DNA of 64,000 nt from the NCBI RefSeq assembly GCF_963515615.1, contig NZ_CAUPZT010000003.1:3841-67840 (forward strand), read 5' to 3'. Both the position numbers and the translations under genes were made by a program. Below the pieces are notes generated by a model. That model searched no databases. It was not told where the DNA came from and saw only the letters and a program-made list of their open reading frames with translations. The stretch is from an uncultured Granulicatella sp. GTDB taxonomy: Bacteria > Bacillota > Bacilli > Lactobacillales > Aerococcaceae. This document shows positions 29,226 through 36,967 of the stretch, piece by piece (position 1 is the stretch's first letter; each line of letters starts with the position of its first letter).

Positions 29226-30836
29226 TTACAAAACATATTGTTTAGTTAATCTTTGAATCACATACTCTGACAGATGATGAGTTACCATTACTACAGTAAG
29301 CGTGTCATTATCGAATAACAATTTTTCTATTTCTAGTGCAGATTGATTATCTAGCGATGAAGTAATTTCATCTAATAACACGACTTTTTTATTTCTCAAC
29401 AAACCTCTTGCTAATATTATTTTTTGTTTCTGTCCGCCAGAAATATTTTTTGCTTGATAATCAATAATTGTTTCTAACCCTAGTTCCAAAGAATCAATCC
29501 AGTCGCTAAGACCAACCTGTTTTAAAATATTTTCTAATCTACCTTCCTCTATCGATTCATTTAAAATAATATTTTCACGTATCGTTGCATTAAATAAATG
29601 TGGATTTTGATCAATGTAGATTATAGAATTATGTAAACTAGTAATGTCTAAGTCTTTATAAGAAATATTATCCCAGTAGATATTACCTTTAGTTGGTTCT
29701 AGACGACGATTCATAATATTTAACAGTGTTGATTTCCCTTTTCCTGATTCAGCAGTAATCACTACCTTATCTCCCTTTTTAATTTCCATGTTCATATTTT
29801 CTAAAACAACACGTTCAGTATTAGGATAACTAAAATGAATATTTTGCAATCGGATACTATTTGTTAGCTCATTGACGACTTTCCCATCATTTCTTTCACA
29901 ATTACTTTTTAATTTCTTACTATATTTCTCAAACACAGGTTGAACGGTTTTCAGTTCCGCATAATTAGCATTAAACCCTGTTAGGCTCGAGAAAATTGTT
30001 GCAGCGAAAAACTGCACTCCACCTATAGCTCCTATAGGGACATACCCTTCTACATATAAATACCCTGTAAATACCAATAAGATAATTTGACTAAATAAAC
30101 TTAATCCATTTGTGGCAGATATCATTTTCCCAGAATCAACAGCGTATTGTACCTTTACTTTTTTTAATCTGTACGATCCAAATAAGATTTTACCCTTAAA
30201 ATAATCTCCTAAATTCATACTTGATAAATCATTAAATCCATGCAGTACATCTGTAAAAGTACTCGTCACCTCATCACTGACTTTGGTCATAATTTCCATA
30301 CTACTTGTCATTTTGGTGCTAAATTTTTTTGGAACTAACACCATTGCTATAAATAATAACACTATTACGACAATAATTGAATAATGAAAATAAACTATAG
30401 CCGATACACTCAAAGCAATCCCCACAGCCTGATTAATCATCATCTCTAAGTTGTTAAAACCGTGTTGATTAATCGTCATGATGTCATTCGTCAACCAAGA
30501 CAAATAAACACCCTGTTCATTTTCATTAAAAGAAAGGTAATCTGTTGTCACTAATTCTTGCGCAATATCCTCTCGTATTCTGCAATCCATACTTTGAACT
30601 GCATCTGTTAGTAATTTTCTCTCAAAAAATAGTTGAAACATCCATACCATGAAGATAACAAGCAATTGAACACTTAATAACTTTGCTGTTTCAATTTCCA
30701 ACTTGGCTAAAGCCGTCACTAAATTAGCTATACTAACTCCCCACAATACTAAACAAGCTTGCCCTACAATAATTGTCAATAACACATAACTATTCTTTTT
30801 CCATTCTCTTTTTATATATTTCATTAAACTTTTCAT
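29226..30836 (-). CDS. ABC exporter, fused permease/ATPase half-transporter
   Basis: 536 aa; TM domain then Walker A AESGKGKST, signature ISGGQKQK, Walker B VLLDEITSSLD. Confidence 0.8.
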   Translation of the reverse strand: MKSLMKYIKREWKKNSYVLLTIIVGQACLVLWGVSIANLVTALAKLEIETAKLLSVQLLVIFMVWMFQLFFERKLLTDAVQSMDCRIREDIAQELVTTDYLSFNENEQGVYLSWLTNDIMTINQHGFNNLEMMINQAVGIALSVSAIVYFHYSIIVVIVLLFIAMVLVPKKFSTKMTSSMEIMTKVSDEVTSTFTDVLHGFNDLSSMNLGDYFKGKILFGSYRLKKVKVQYAVDSGKMISATNGLSLFSQIILLVFTGYLYVEGYVPIGAIGGVQFFAATIFSSLTGFNANYAELKTVQPVFEKYSKKLKSNCERNDGKVVNELTNSIRLQNIHFSYPNTERVVLENMNMEIKKGDKVVITAESGKGKSTLLNIMNRRLEPTKGNIYWDNISYKDLDITSLHNSIIYIDQNPHLFNATIRENIILNESIEEGRLENILKQVGLSDWIDSLELGLETIIDYQAKNISGGQKQKIILARGLLRNKKVVLLDEITSSLDNQSALEIEKLLFDNDTLTVVMVTHHLSEYVIQRLTKQYVL

Positions 30837-30882
30837 ATTAATCTCCTAACTATATCCTAATAGAATATCTCCTTTGAATTGT

Positions 30883-31068
30883 TTATTCATGTGTAATGCT
30901 AACATAACCAATAACATACCCCTCTAGAATTCGAAAATCTTGGTTTGGTTCGATAAATAGGCGCTCATAATATCGATTCAATAATCTTAAGATATTATGA
31001 CTACACTCTAAACAACCCTCACGCCAGAGATAATATATAATCCCTGCTATGCCATGGCACAAACAAAC
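30883..31068 (-). pseudogene. Remnant of the C-terminus of a LanC/LanM-type lanthionine cyclase (61 codons, no start)
   Basis: Own translation: VCLCHGIAGIIYYLWREGCLECSHNILRLLNRYYERLFIEPNQDFRILEGYVIGYVSITHE*. CHGxAG is the Cys-His zinc-ligand motif and LEGxxG the terminal LanC repeat. Bounded upstream by TAA; frame offset by one nt from the adjacent 75-aa ORF. Confidence 0.5.
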
Positions 31069-31075
31069 TTAATGA

Positions 31076-31300
31076 TTATTTATAGGTAGAAAATCCATAA
31101 TTATCAACTTGGCAAGCGAATTGGTCATATAATGTTGCATTTCCTAATGATTCAACTTTATTATTTCCTAATATATTAATATTATTTAGTGCATCGTAAG
31201 TATCTATACTAGCAATAGCTAATAAACTTAAAATCTTTATATTTTTCGATAGTTCTTGTAATATGCTTTTTTTACTTTGTATATCATCTGCTTTTCTCAT
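31076..31300 (-). CDS. 74-75 aa ORF of unknown function, possibly an upstream out-of-frame piece of the decayed cyclase gene
   Basis: ORF-track entry; no clear RBS, no signal peptide, no recognised motif. Confidence 0.2.
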   Translation of the reverse strand: MRKADDIQSKKSILQELSKNIKILSLLAIASIDTYDALNNINILGNNKVESLGNATLYDQFACQVDNYGFSTYK

Positions 31301-31402
31301 CAATTAAATATATGTAAGTATTTCATTATAGCCATAATTGGATATTCTAGTTACCACCTTTTGTCAATATAACAATTCATAAAACCCTCCACATTTCATA
31401 AA

Positions 31403-31446
31403 CATAAAAAGCTGTAACATAGCTTCGGTAATCTATGTTACAGCTT
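31403..31446 (-). terminator. Strong rho-independent terminator after the 63-aa gene
   Basis: 14-bp perfect stem AAGCTGTAACATAG/CTATGTTACAGCTT followed by TTTTTAT on the minus strand. Confidence 0.8.
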
Positions 31447-31473
31447 AAATGTACTGTTAAAATAGTAACAAAA

Positions 31474-31665
31474 TTAAAACATCACAATACTTGGTTCTGA
31501 AGAAGATGGTGTAGATGAAGAAGTCCCTCCACCTGTATGCGCATTCATAACTTTTAATTTTTCTTGTTCTTTCATTACTTGTTCATTGTACCCAATTTCT
31601 TTTTTAAACAATCCTGATGTTGTTTCTTTTATTACTTGATTACCATTCCATTTTATATTAAACAT
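31474..31665 (-). CDS. 63-aa small protein with a Gly/Ser/Thr/Pro-rich C-terminal tail
   Basis: MFNIKWNGNQVIKETTSGLFKKEIGYNEQVMKEQEKLKVMNAHTGGGTSSSTPSSSEPSIVMF; GGGGAG RBS 7 nt upstream; own consensus promoter and terminator. Confidence 0.6.
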   Translation of the reverse strand: MFNIKWNGNQVIKETTSGLFKKEIGYNEQVMKEQEKLKVMNAHTGGGTSSSTPSSSEPSIVMF

Positions 31666-31691
31666 ATGCCATCTCCCCTTTCATAATCAAA

Positions 31692-31707
31692 TTAGTTAAT
31701 TAACTAA
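31692..31707. promoter_or_regulatory. Perfect 16-bp palindrome TTAGTTAATTAACTAA over the predicted transcription start (candidate operator)
   Basis: TTAGTTAA|TTAACTAA, starting 4 nt downstream of the -10 hexamer of the 63-aa gene promoter. Confidence 0.5.
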
Positions 31708-31711
31708 CTTG

Positions 31712-31740
31712 ATTGTAATTCTAAATCAACTATCTGTCAA
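31712..31740 (-). promoter_or_regulatory. Consensus sigma-A promoter TTGACA-17nt-TACAAT of the 63-aa gene
   Basis: Minus strand -35 TTGACA (31735-31740), 17-nt spacer, -10 TACAAT (31712-31717). Confidence 0.7.
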
Positions 31741-31801
31741 CAGAATCATTTACGCTTCACGTACTCCACATCAAATCGTTATTACCTTCCATCAAACAAG
31801 T

Positions 31802-31948
31802 AATGACTTTTCATAGTAGCAGTAGTAATAGAAGTCGCTCCGACTTCTATTACAGGAAACTTTGAGACCCTAGGCTCAAAGTTTAGCAATGAGACTCGCT
31901 TTTGCGAGGCTGCTTGCGTCCTCTCTGCTACTATAAGATAAAGTCATT
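31802..31948 (+). repeat. Nested-hairpin repeat, copy 6 (long form)
   Basis: Near-identical to copy 4 but hairpin 1 is TAATAGAAGTCG/CGACTTCTATTA (compensatory pair swap). Lies between the rex stop and the 63-aa gene promoter. Confidence 0.85.
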
Positions 31949-32003
31949 TACGACAAAAAAACATCTCATAAATGCTCTCCACATTTACAAGATGTTTCTA
32001 CAA

Positions 32004-32639
32004 TTAGTTATTATTGTTATTGTCTAAGAAATAAATCAAAGTTTGCAATTCATTTGTTAAGTCAACATTTTGAACACGAATATGATCCGGTGCAGTTAAA
32101 CGAAGCGGTGTAAAGTTTAAAATACCACGAACATCAGCTTCGATTAATAAATTAGCAGTTTCTTGAGCAACCTCTTGAGGAACTGTTAAAATCGCCACTT
32201 GAATTTGTTGTACACGAATTTGTTCAACCAAATCGTCCATAGAATAAACAGGTACTCCACTCACGATTTTACCTACCATACCTTCGTCTACTTCAAATGC
32301 AGCACTAATTCTCACATGATTACTTTGATGGAAATTATAGTTTAATAAAGCTTGACCTAAATTACCCACTCCAACTAAAGCAACATTTGTTAAACGATCA
32401 TGATTTAATTGTTGACTGAAGAAGTCTAATAAATACTCCACATCATAACCATAACCACGCTTTCCTAACGCTCCAAAATATGAGAAGTCACGACGAATTG
32501 TTGCACTATCAACTTTTACTGCTTCACTTAATTCTGTTGAAGAAATACGACGTTTCCCTGCATCATGTAAAAATCTTAAATAACGATGATAAATTGCCAA
32601 GCGCTTTGCTGTAGCTTTTGGAATTTCAACTTTTTTCAT
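32004..32639 (-). CDS. rex: Redox-sensing transcriptional repressor Rex
   Basis: [17 protein letters not shown] winged-helix N-terminus, then the Rossmann motif [12 protein letters not shown]. Confidence 0.9.
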   Translation of the reverse strand: MKKVEIPKATAKRLAIYHRYLRFLHDAGKRRISSTELSEAVKVDSATIRRDFSYFGALGKRGYGYDVEYLLDFFSQQLNHDRLTNVALVGVGNLGQALLNYNFHQSNHVRISAAFEVDEGMVGKIVSGVPVYSMDDLVEQIRVQQIQVAILTVPQEVAQETANLLIEADVRGILNFTPLRLTAPDHIRVQNVDLTNELQTLIYFLDNNNNN

Positions 32640-32894
32640 TTTTCAATCTCCTTTGTATCAATTTTCATAGACATTTTAGCATAAGTTTCATAATTTTCAC
32701 AAACAATATGCTTGTTTTTACATAAATTATTACATTTGTAAAATTTATTATACATAATGTTCAGAATTTATACTTTTCGTGAACATTGTGATTTTTTCTC
32801 AATCTTACATTTTACAAAAAAACATTAAAAACTTTTGTACTTACCATATGTATGATAGAATAAATTTGAAACTGCATAGAAAGAGGATTATGAC

Positions 32895-34838
32895 ATGATT
32901 TTATTACAAGGACAAGGGCTAGCGAGACATTTTGGCCCAGATGTACTATTTGAAAATATTTCCCTTGAAGTCCAAGAACGTTCTCGTATTGCATTAGTGG
33001 GAAGAAACGGAACAGGAAAATCAACATTATTAAAAATTTTAGCAGGAATTGAAGAACCTAGTTTAGGAATGGTGAGTAAGAAAAAAGACCTTTCCATTGG
33101 TTACTTAGATCAATATGCTTCAGTCGATTCTGAAAATACCATTTGGGAAGAAATGATTGAATTATTTAACGGAGTCGAAGCTCTAAAAAAAGAAGCTCTT
33201 TTAATAGCTGATAAATTAGGAAATCCAGATATATTAGCCAATGAATCACTCTACCAACAAACATTAGCTCGCTATGACGATTTACAAGAACAATTAAATA
33301 AGATAAATGCCTATGGCTATGAAGGAGAAATCCGATCTGTCTTACATGGATTCCAATTTTATCCTGAAGATTATGATAAACCTATTCAACAATTATCCGG
33401 TGGACAAAGAACTCGTTTAGCCTTAGCTAAAATTTTATTAGAAAAACATGATCTCTTAATTTTAGACGAACCAACCAACCATTTAGATATTGAAACATTA
33501 ACATGGTTAGAAGATTACTTAAAATCTTCACCTGTATCACTACTGATTGTCAGTCACGATCAATACTTTTTAGATAAAGTCTGTCAAGAAGTATATGAAA
33601 TTCATCATCACACTTGTGAATATTATAAGGGCAATTATTCATACTATGTAACTGAACGTGAAAATCGTTTCTTACTACAACAGAAAGCTTATGAAAAACA
33701 ACAAGAGAAAATTCAAAAATTAGAAGAATTTGTTGCGAAAAATATTGTTCGTGCCTCTACTACGAAACGAGCACAGTCTCGTAGAAAACAATTAGAAAAA
33801 ATGGAACGAATCGAAAAACCACAGTCAGATTCACGATCTGCTCGTTTTTCATTTTCTGTTCAAAAAGAATCTGGGAATCAAGTTTTAAATGTGCAAGATG
33901 CTTTTATTGGATATGACGGGCGAACGCTAGCGGGGCCAATTAATTTAAACATCCGCAAACAAGAAGCAATTGCGATTGTGGGTCCAAATGGAATCGGAAA
34001 ATCAACTTTATTAAAATCTCTAATACAAGAAATTCCATGGATTGCAGGAGAAAGTTCATTTGGAGCTAATGTTCAAGTAGGTTACTATGATCAAAATTTA
34101 ACTGGTCTAAATTCTAAAACAACCGTTTTAGAAGAGCTTTGGAGCCGACATACGACGATGCCCGAAAAAGATATTCGTACGATTTTAGGAAGTTTCCTAT
34201 TTTCAGGAAAAGATGTAGAAAAATCCACTGCTCAATTAAGTGGGGGAGAAAAAGCAAGACTTGCTTTAGCAAAACTTTCATTAGAACATGATAATTTCTT
34301 ATTACTCGACGAACCAACCAACCACTTAGATATCGACAGTAAGGAAGTTCTTGAACAAGCACTCATTGAATATGATGGAACAATTTGCTTTGTTTCACAC
34401 GACCGTTATTTCATTAATCAAGTGGCAACTTCTATTTTAGAAATCACTCCTGAAGGAAGTACTTTGTATTTAGGAGATTACGATTACTATATTGAAAAGA
34501 AACAAGAGCTTGAAGCCTTAAAACAAGAAGAATCCACTCCTGTCGTTCAAACAAAAGTAGCTTTAACCGATACTAAGAAAAATTACTTAAGTTCAAAAGA
34601 AGAACAAAAACAACTTCGTACTCTGACAAGACAAGTAGAACAACTAGAAGAAAAACTTCATCAAATCGAACAAGAAATTTCTTCCGTTCACGAAGAATTA
34701 ACATTAGAAGAAGTTTATACGAATCCTACTCGTTCTAGTGAACTTCAACAAACTTTACAAACATTAAATGAATCATTAGAAGAAGTAATGATGGAATGGG
34801 AAGAAGCAAGCTTAGCTTTAGAAGAATTCCAATCTTAA
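32895..34838 (+). CDS. ABC-F family ATPase (two ABC cassettes, no TM domain, C-terminal coiled coil)
   Basis: Two Walker A sites (GRNGTGKST, GPNGIGKST), two LSGG signatures, Q/E/K-rich linker and C-terminal extension; 647 aa. Confidence 0.85.
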   Translation: MILLQGQGLARHFGPDVLFENISLEVQERSRIALVGRNGTGKSTLLKILAGIEEPSLGMVSKKKDLSIGYLDQYASVDSENTIWEEMIELFNGVEALKKEALLIADKLGNPDILANESLYQQTLARYDDLQEQLNKINAYGYEGEIRSVLHGFQFYPEDYDKPIQQLSGGQRTRLALAKILLEKHDLLILDEPTNHLDIETLTWLEDYLKSSPVSLLIVSHDQYFLDKVCQEVYEIHHHTCEYYKGNYSYYVTERENRFLLQQKAYEKQQEKIQKLEEFVAKNIVRASTTKRAQSRRKQLEKMERIEKPQSDSRSARFSFSVQKESGNQVLNVQDAFIGYDGRTLAGPINLNIRKQEAIAIVGPNGIGKSTLLKSLIQEIPWIAGESSFGANVQVGYYDQNLTGLNSKTTVLEELWSRHTTMPEKDIRTILGSFLFSGKDVEKSTAQLSGGEKARLALAKLSLEHDNFLLLDEPTNHLDIDSKEVLEQALIEYDGTICFVSHDRYFINQVATSILEITPEGSTLYLGDYDYYIEKKQELEALKQEESTPVVQTKVALTDTKKNYLSSKEEQKQLRTLTRQVEQLEEKLHQIEQEISSVHEELTLEEVYTNPTRSSELQQTLQTLNESLEEVMMEWEEASLALEEFQS

Positions 34839-34860
34839 TGACTTCTCTCAAATAAAAATC

Positions 34861-34915
34861 AAAAGACTTTTCCTCGTAGCTTACGACATGTCTGCTACTG
34901 AAGAAAAGTCTTTTT
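34861..34915 (+). repeat. Nested-hairpin repeat, copy 7 (minimal form, closing stem only)
   Basis: AAAAGACTTTTCCTCGTAGC..TTACGACATGT..CTGCTACTGAAGAAAAGTCTTTTT. T-runs on both strands, between convergent genes. Confidence 0.65.
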
Positions 34916-34930
34916 GGTTAACATGAAATC

Positions 34931-35158
34931 TTAATATTCAAAACCCATTTCATTGGCGAATGATTCAAAATCAACAAATTCCATATCGCCCTCTTCATAT
35001 TTATGAATAGTATTTAATTCTTCTTTGGTAGGAATGACACTATCTTGGAATAAAGAAATAAGCGAAACCAAAGCATTTGCTTGTTCATCATCTAACTCAT
35101 CGACATTTAGATGGTTTAAAATCCTTTTTAGTTCTTCTTTCACCGTCATCACAGTCAT
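34931..35158 (-). CDS. Small acidic protein (72-75 aa), unknown function
   Basis: MTVMTVKEELKRILNHLNVDELDDEQANALVSL...EEGDMEFVDFESFANEMGFEY. Lies 62 nt downstream of an ABC exporter pair. Confidence 0.45.
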   Translation of the reverse strand: MTVMTVKEELKRILNHLNVDELDDEQANALVSLISLFQDSVIPTKEELNTIHKYEEGDMEFVDFESFANEMGFEY

Positions 35159-35220
35159 TTCCTTTCTTTTAAATTTCTATTTATATTCATTGTATAAAAT
35201 TATTCTATTAAAATAAACTC

Positions 35221-36966
35221 TTACTCATTCATCCATTGACTTTGATAAAGATGTTGGTAAAACCCTTGCCTTGCAATCAATTCTTCATGTGTTCCTTGTT
35301 CAATGACTTGTCCATCTTTCAACACTAATATTTTATCTGCATTTTGAATCGTTGAAAGTCTATGAGCCACAATGAAACTTGTTTTCCCTTTCATTAATGT
35401 TTGGAAAGCTTGTTGAATTTTCAACTCTGTTCTTGTATCAATGGAAGAAGTCGCTTCATCAAGAATGAGCATCGATGGCTGGCTTAGCATTACTCTAGCA
35501 ATGGACAAGAGTTGTCGCTGTCCTTGTGAGAAGTCTTCTCCTTGTCGTTGAAGAGGTGTTTCTAATCCTTGTGGTAGCTTTTCAATCATTTTATCTAATT
35601 GACATTGCATTAATACTTGTTGAATTTCTTCATCAGTTGCATTAGGATTTCCTAATAATAAATTTTCTCGAATGGTCCCCGATTGCAACCATGTTTCTTG
35701 TAACACCATTCCAAATAATTGTCTCAATTGCTGTCTGCTCATGTCTTTTATGGATATGCCATCAATTGTAATATTTCCATTATCAACTTCATAAAATCGC
35801 ATTAATAAGTTAAGCAATGTACTCTTACCACTTCCAGTTGGTCCAACAATCGCAATTTTTTCTCCAGGTTTTACTTCTAAAGAAAAATCCTCAATCAGCG
35901 ATTGGTCTTTTTGGTAAGAAAATGACACCTGTTCAAATAAAACTTCTCCTTTAATCATTTCTGGTAAATCTATTTCTTTTCCTTCTTCAGATTCAACAGG
36001 CTCTTCCATCAATTCAAATACACGGCTTGCACACGAAATTGAATTTTGAAACTCAGTCATCACACCTGAAATTTCATTAAAAGGTTTTGTATACTGATTC
36101 GCATACGTTAAAAATGCTGCCAATTGTCCAATACTTAGCTGAGCTTTCAACACAAAAAATGCTCCCACTAATCCTACTACTGTGTACACTAAGCTGTTCA
36201 CAAAACGAGTTGCTGGATTCGTAATCGAAGAATAAAAAATGGCTTTTAAAGAACGGTTCGCCAAATTTTCATTCATCTTATCAAAAGTTTCTAATACATT
36301 TTTTTCTTGACTATACGCTTGAACTACTTTTATTCCAGTAATCGTTTCATGAGTAAAGGCTGTTTGTTCCGCTCTTAATGTTGATTGGTCATGAAATAAA
36401 TCATATGTTTTTTTAGCAATAAAGGAGGCAACAACAAAGGAAATAGGTGTTAAAAGAAGCACAACGATTGTCATTGTTAGTTGAATACTAAACATCCAAA
36501 ATAATGTACTGATAATCGTTAAGATTCCTGTAAATAATTGAGAAAATCCTAATAACAATCCATCTGCCATTTGTTCTGTATCCGAAATAACAATACTTTG
36601 AAGAGAACCATGGGCTTTTAAATCTAAATAACTTAAGGGCATTTTAGATAAATGAATAAAAATATCATCCCTCAATGACTTCACCATACCATAAGCAATA
36701 TGATTATGACACAAACTCATCACATATTGACTCACCATACTAATGAGTGCTAGCACAAAAATCCATAATAAGCCATTTGTTACAATGGAAAATTGTACTT
36801 CTCCCACTCCTATCATCGCATCAATTGTTTGACCGATGACTTTTGGAATCCATACACTAGATAACACACTCACCATTGCTAAAAAGAGAGAAAATAGTAA
36901 GAGAACACTATAGTTTTTTAAATAAGGAAATAATTTTTTATACACTTCCATTTTTTCATGCTTCAT
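35221..36966 (-). CDS. ABC multidrug-type exporter, permease/ATPase subunit B of a heterodimer
   Basis: 581 aa; Walker A GPTGSGKST, signature FSQGQRQLL, Walker B LILDEATSSID. Confidence 0.85.
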   Translation of the reverse strand: MKHEKMEVYKKLFPYLKNYSVLLLFSLFLAMVSVLSSVWIPKVIGQTIDAMIGVGEVQFSIVTNGLLWIFVLALISMVSQYVMSLCHNHIAYGMVKSLRDDIFIHLSKMPLSYLDLKAHGSLQSIVISDTEQMADGLLLGFSQLFTGILTIISTLFWMFSIQLTMTIVVLLLTPISFVVASFIAKKTYDLFHDQSTLRAEQTAFTHETITGIKVVQAYSQEKNVLETFDKMNENLANRSLKAIFYSSITNPATRFVNSLVYTVVGLVGAFFVLKAQLSIGQLAAFLTYANQYTKPFNEISGVMTEFQNSISCASRVFELMEEPVESEEGKEIDLPEMIKGEVLFEQVSFSYQKDQSLIEDFSLEVKPGEKIAIVGPTGSGKSTLLNLLMRFYEVDNGNITIDGISIKDMSRQQLRQLFGMVLQETWLQSGTIRENLLLGNPNATDEEIQQVLMQCQLDKMIEKLPQGLETPLQRQGEDFSQGQRQLLSIARVMLSQPSMLILDEATSSIDTRTELKIQQAFQTLMKGKTSFIVAHRLSTIQNADKILVLKDGQVIEQGTHEELIARQGFYQHLYQSQWMNE

Positions 36967-36967
36967 A

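Noticed and set aside
31304-31402. Tiny ORFs between the 63-aa gene terminator and the 75-aa ORF (MNCYIDKRW behind GGAGG; MFMKCGGFYELLY; MAIMKYLHIFN).
   Set aside because: They are too short and unsupported, and they sit in what looks like decayed synthetase sequence. They are mentioned only as context.
31474-31665. The 63-aa product as a lanthipeptide precursor (GG motif, Ser/Thr-rich tail, cyclase remnant nearby).
   Set aside because: The putative core has no cysteine, so thioether rings are impossible. It is kept only as a small protein or possible former precursor.
32640-32894. A Rex operator (TTGTGAA-N6-TTCACAA type) in the rex/ABC-F divergent intergenic region.
   Set aside because: Only isolated half-site-like words occur (TTTTCACAAA, CGTGAACATTGTGA), with no inverted-repeat arrangement.
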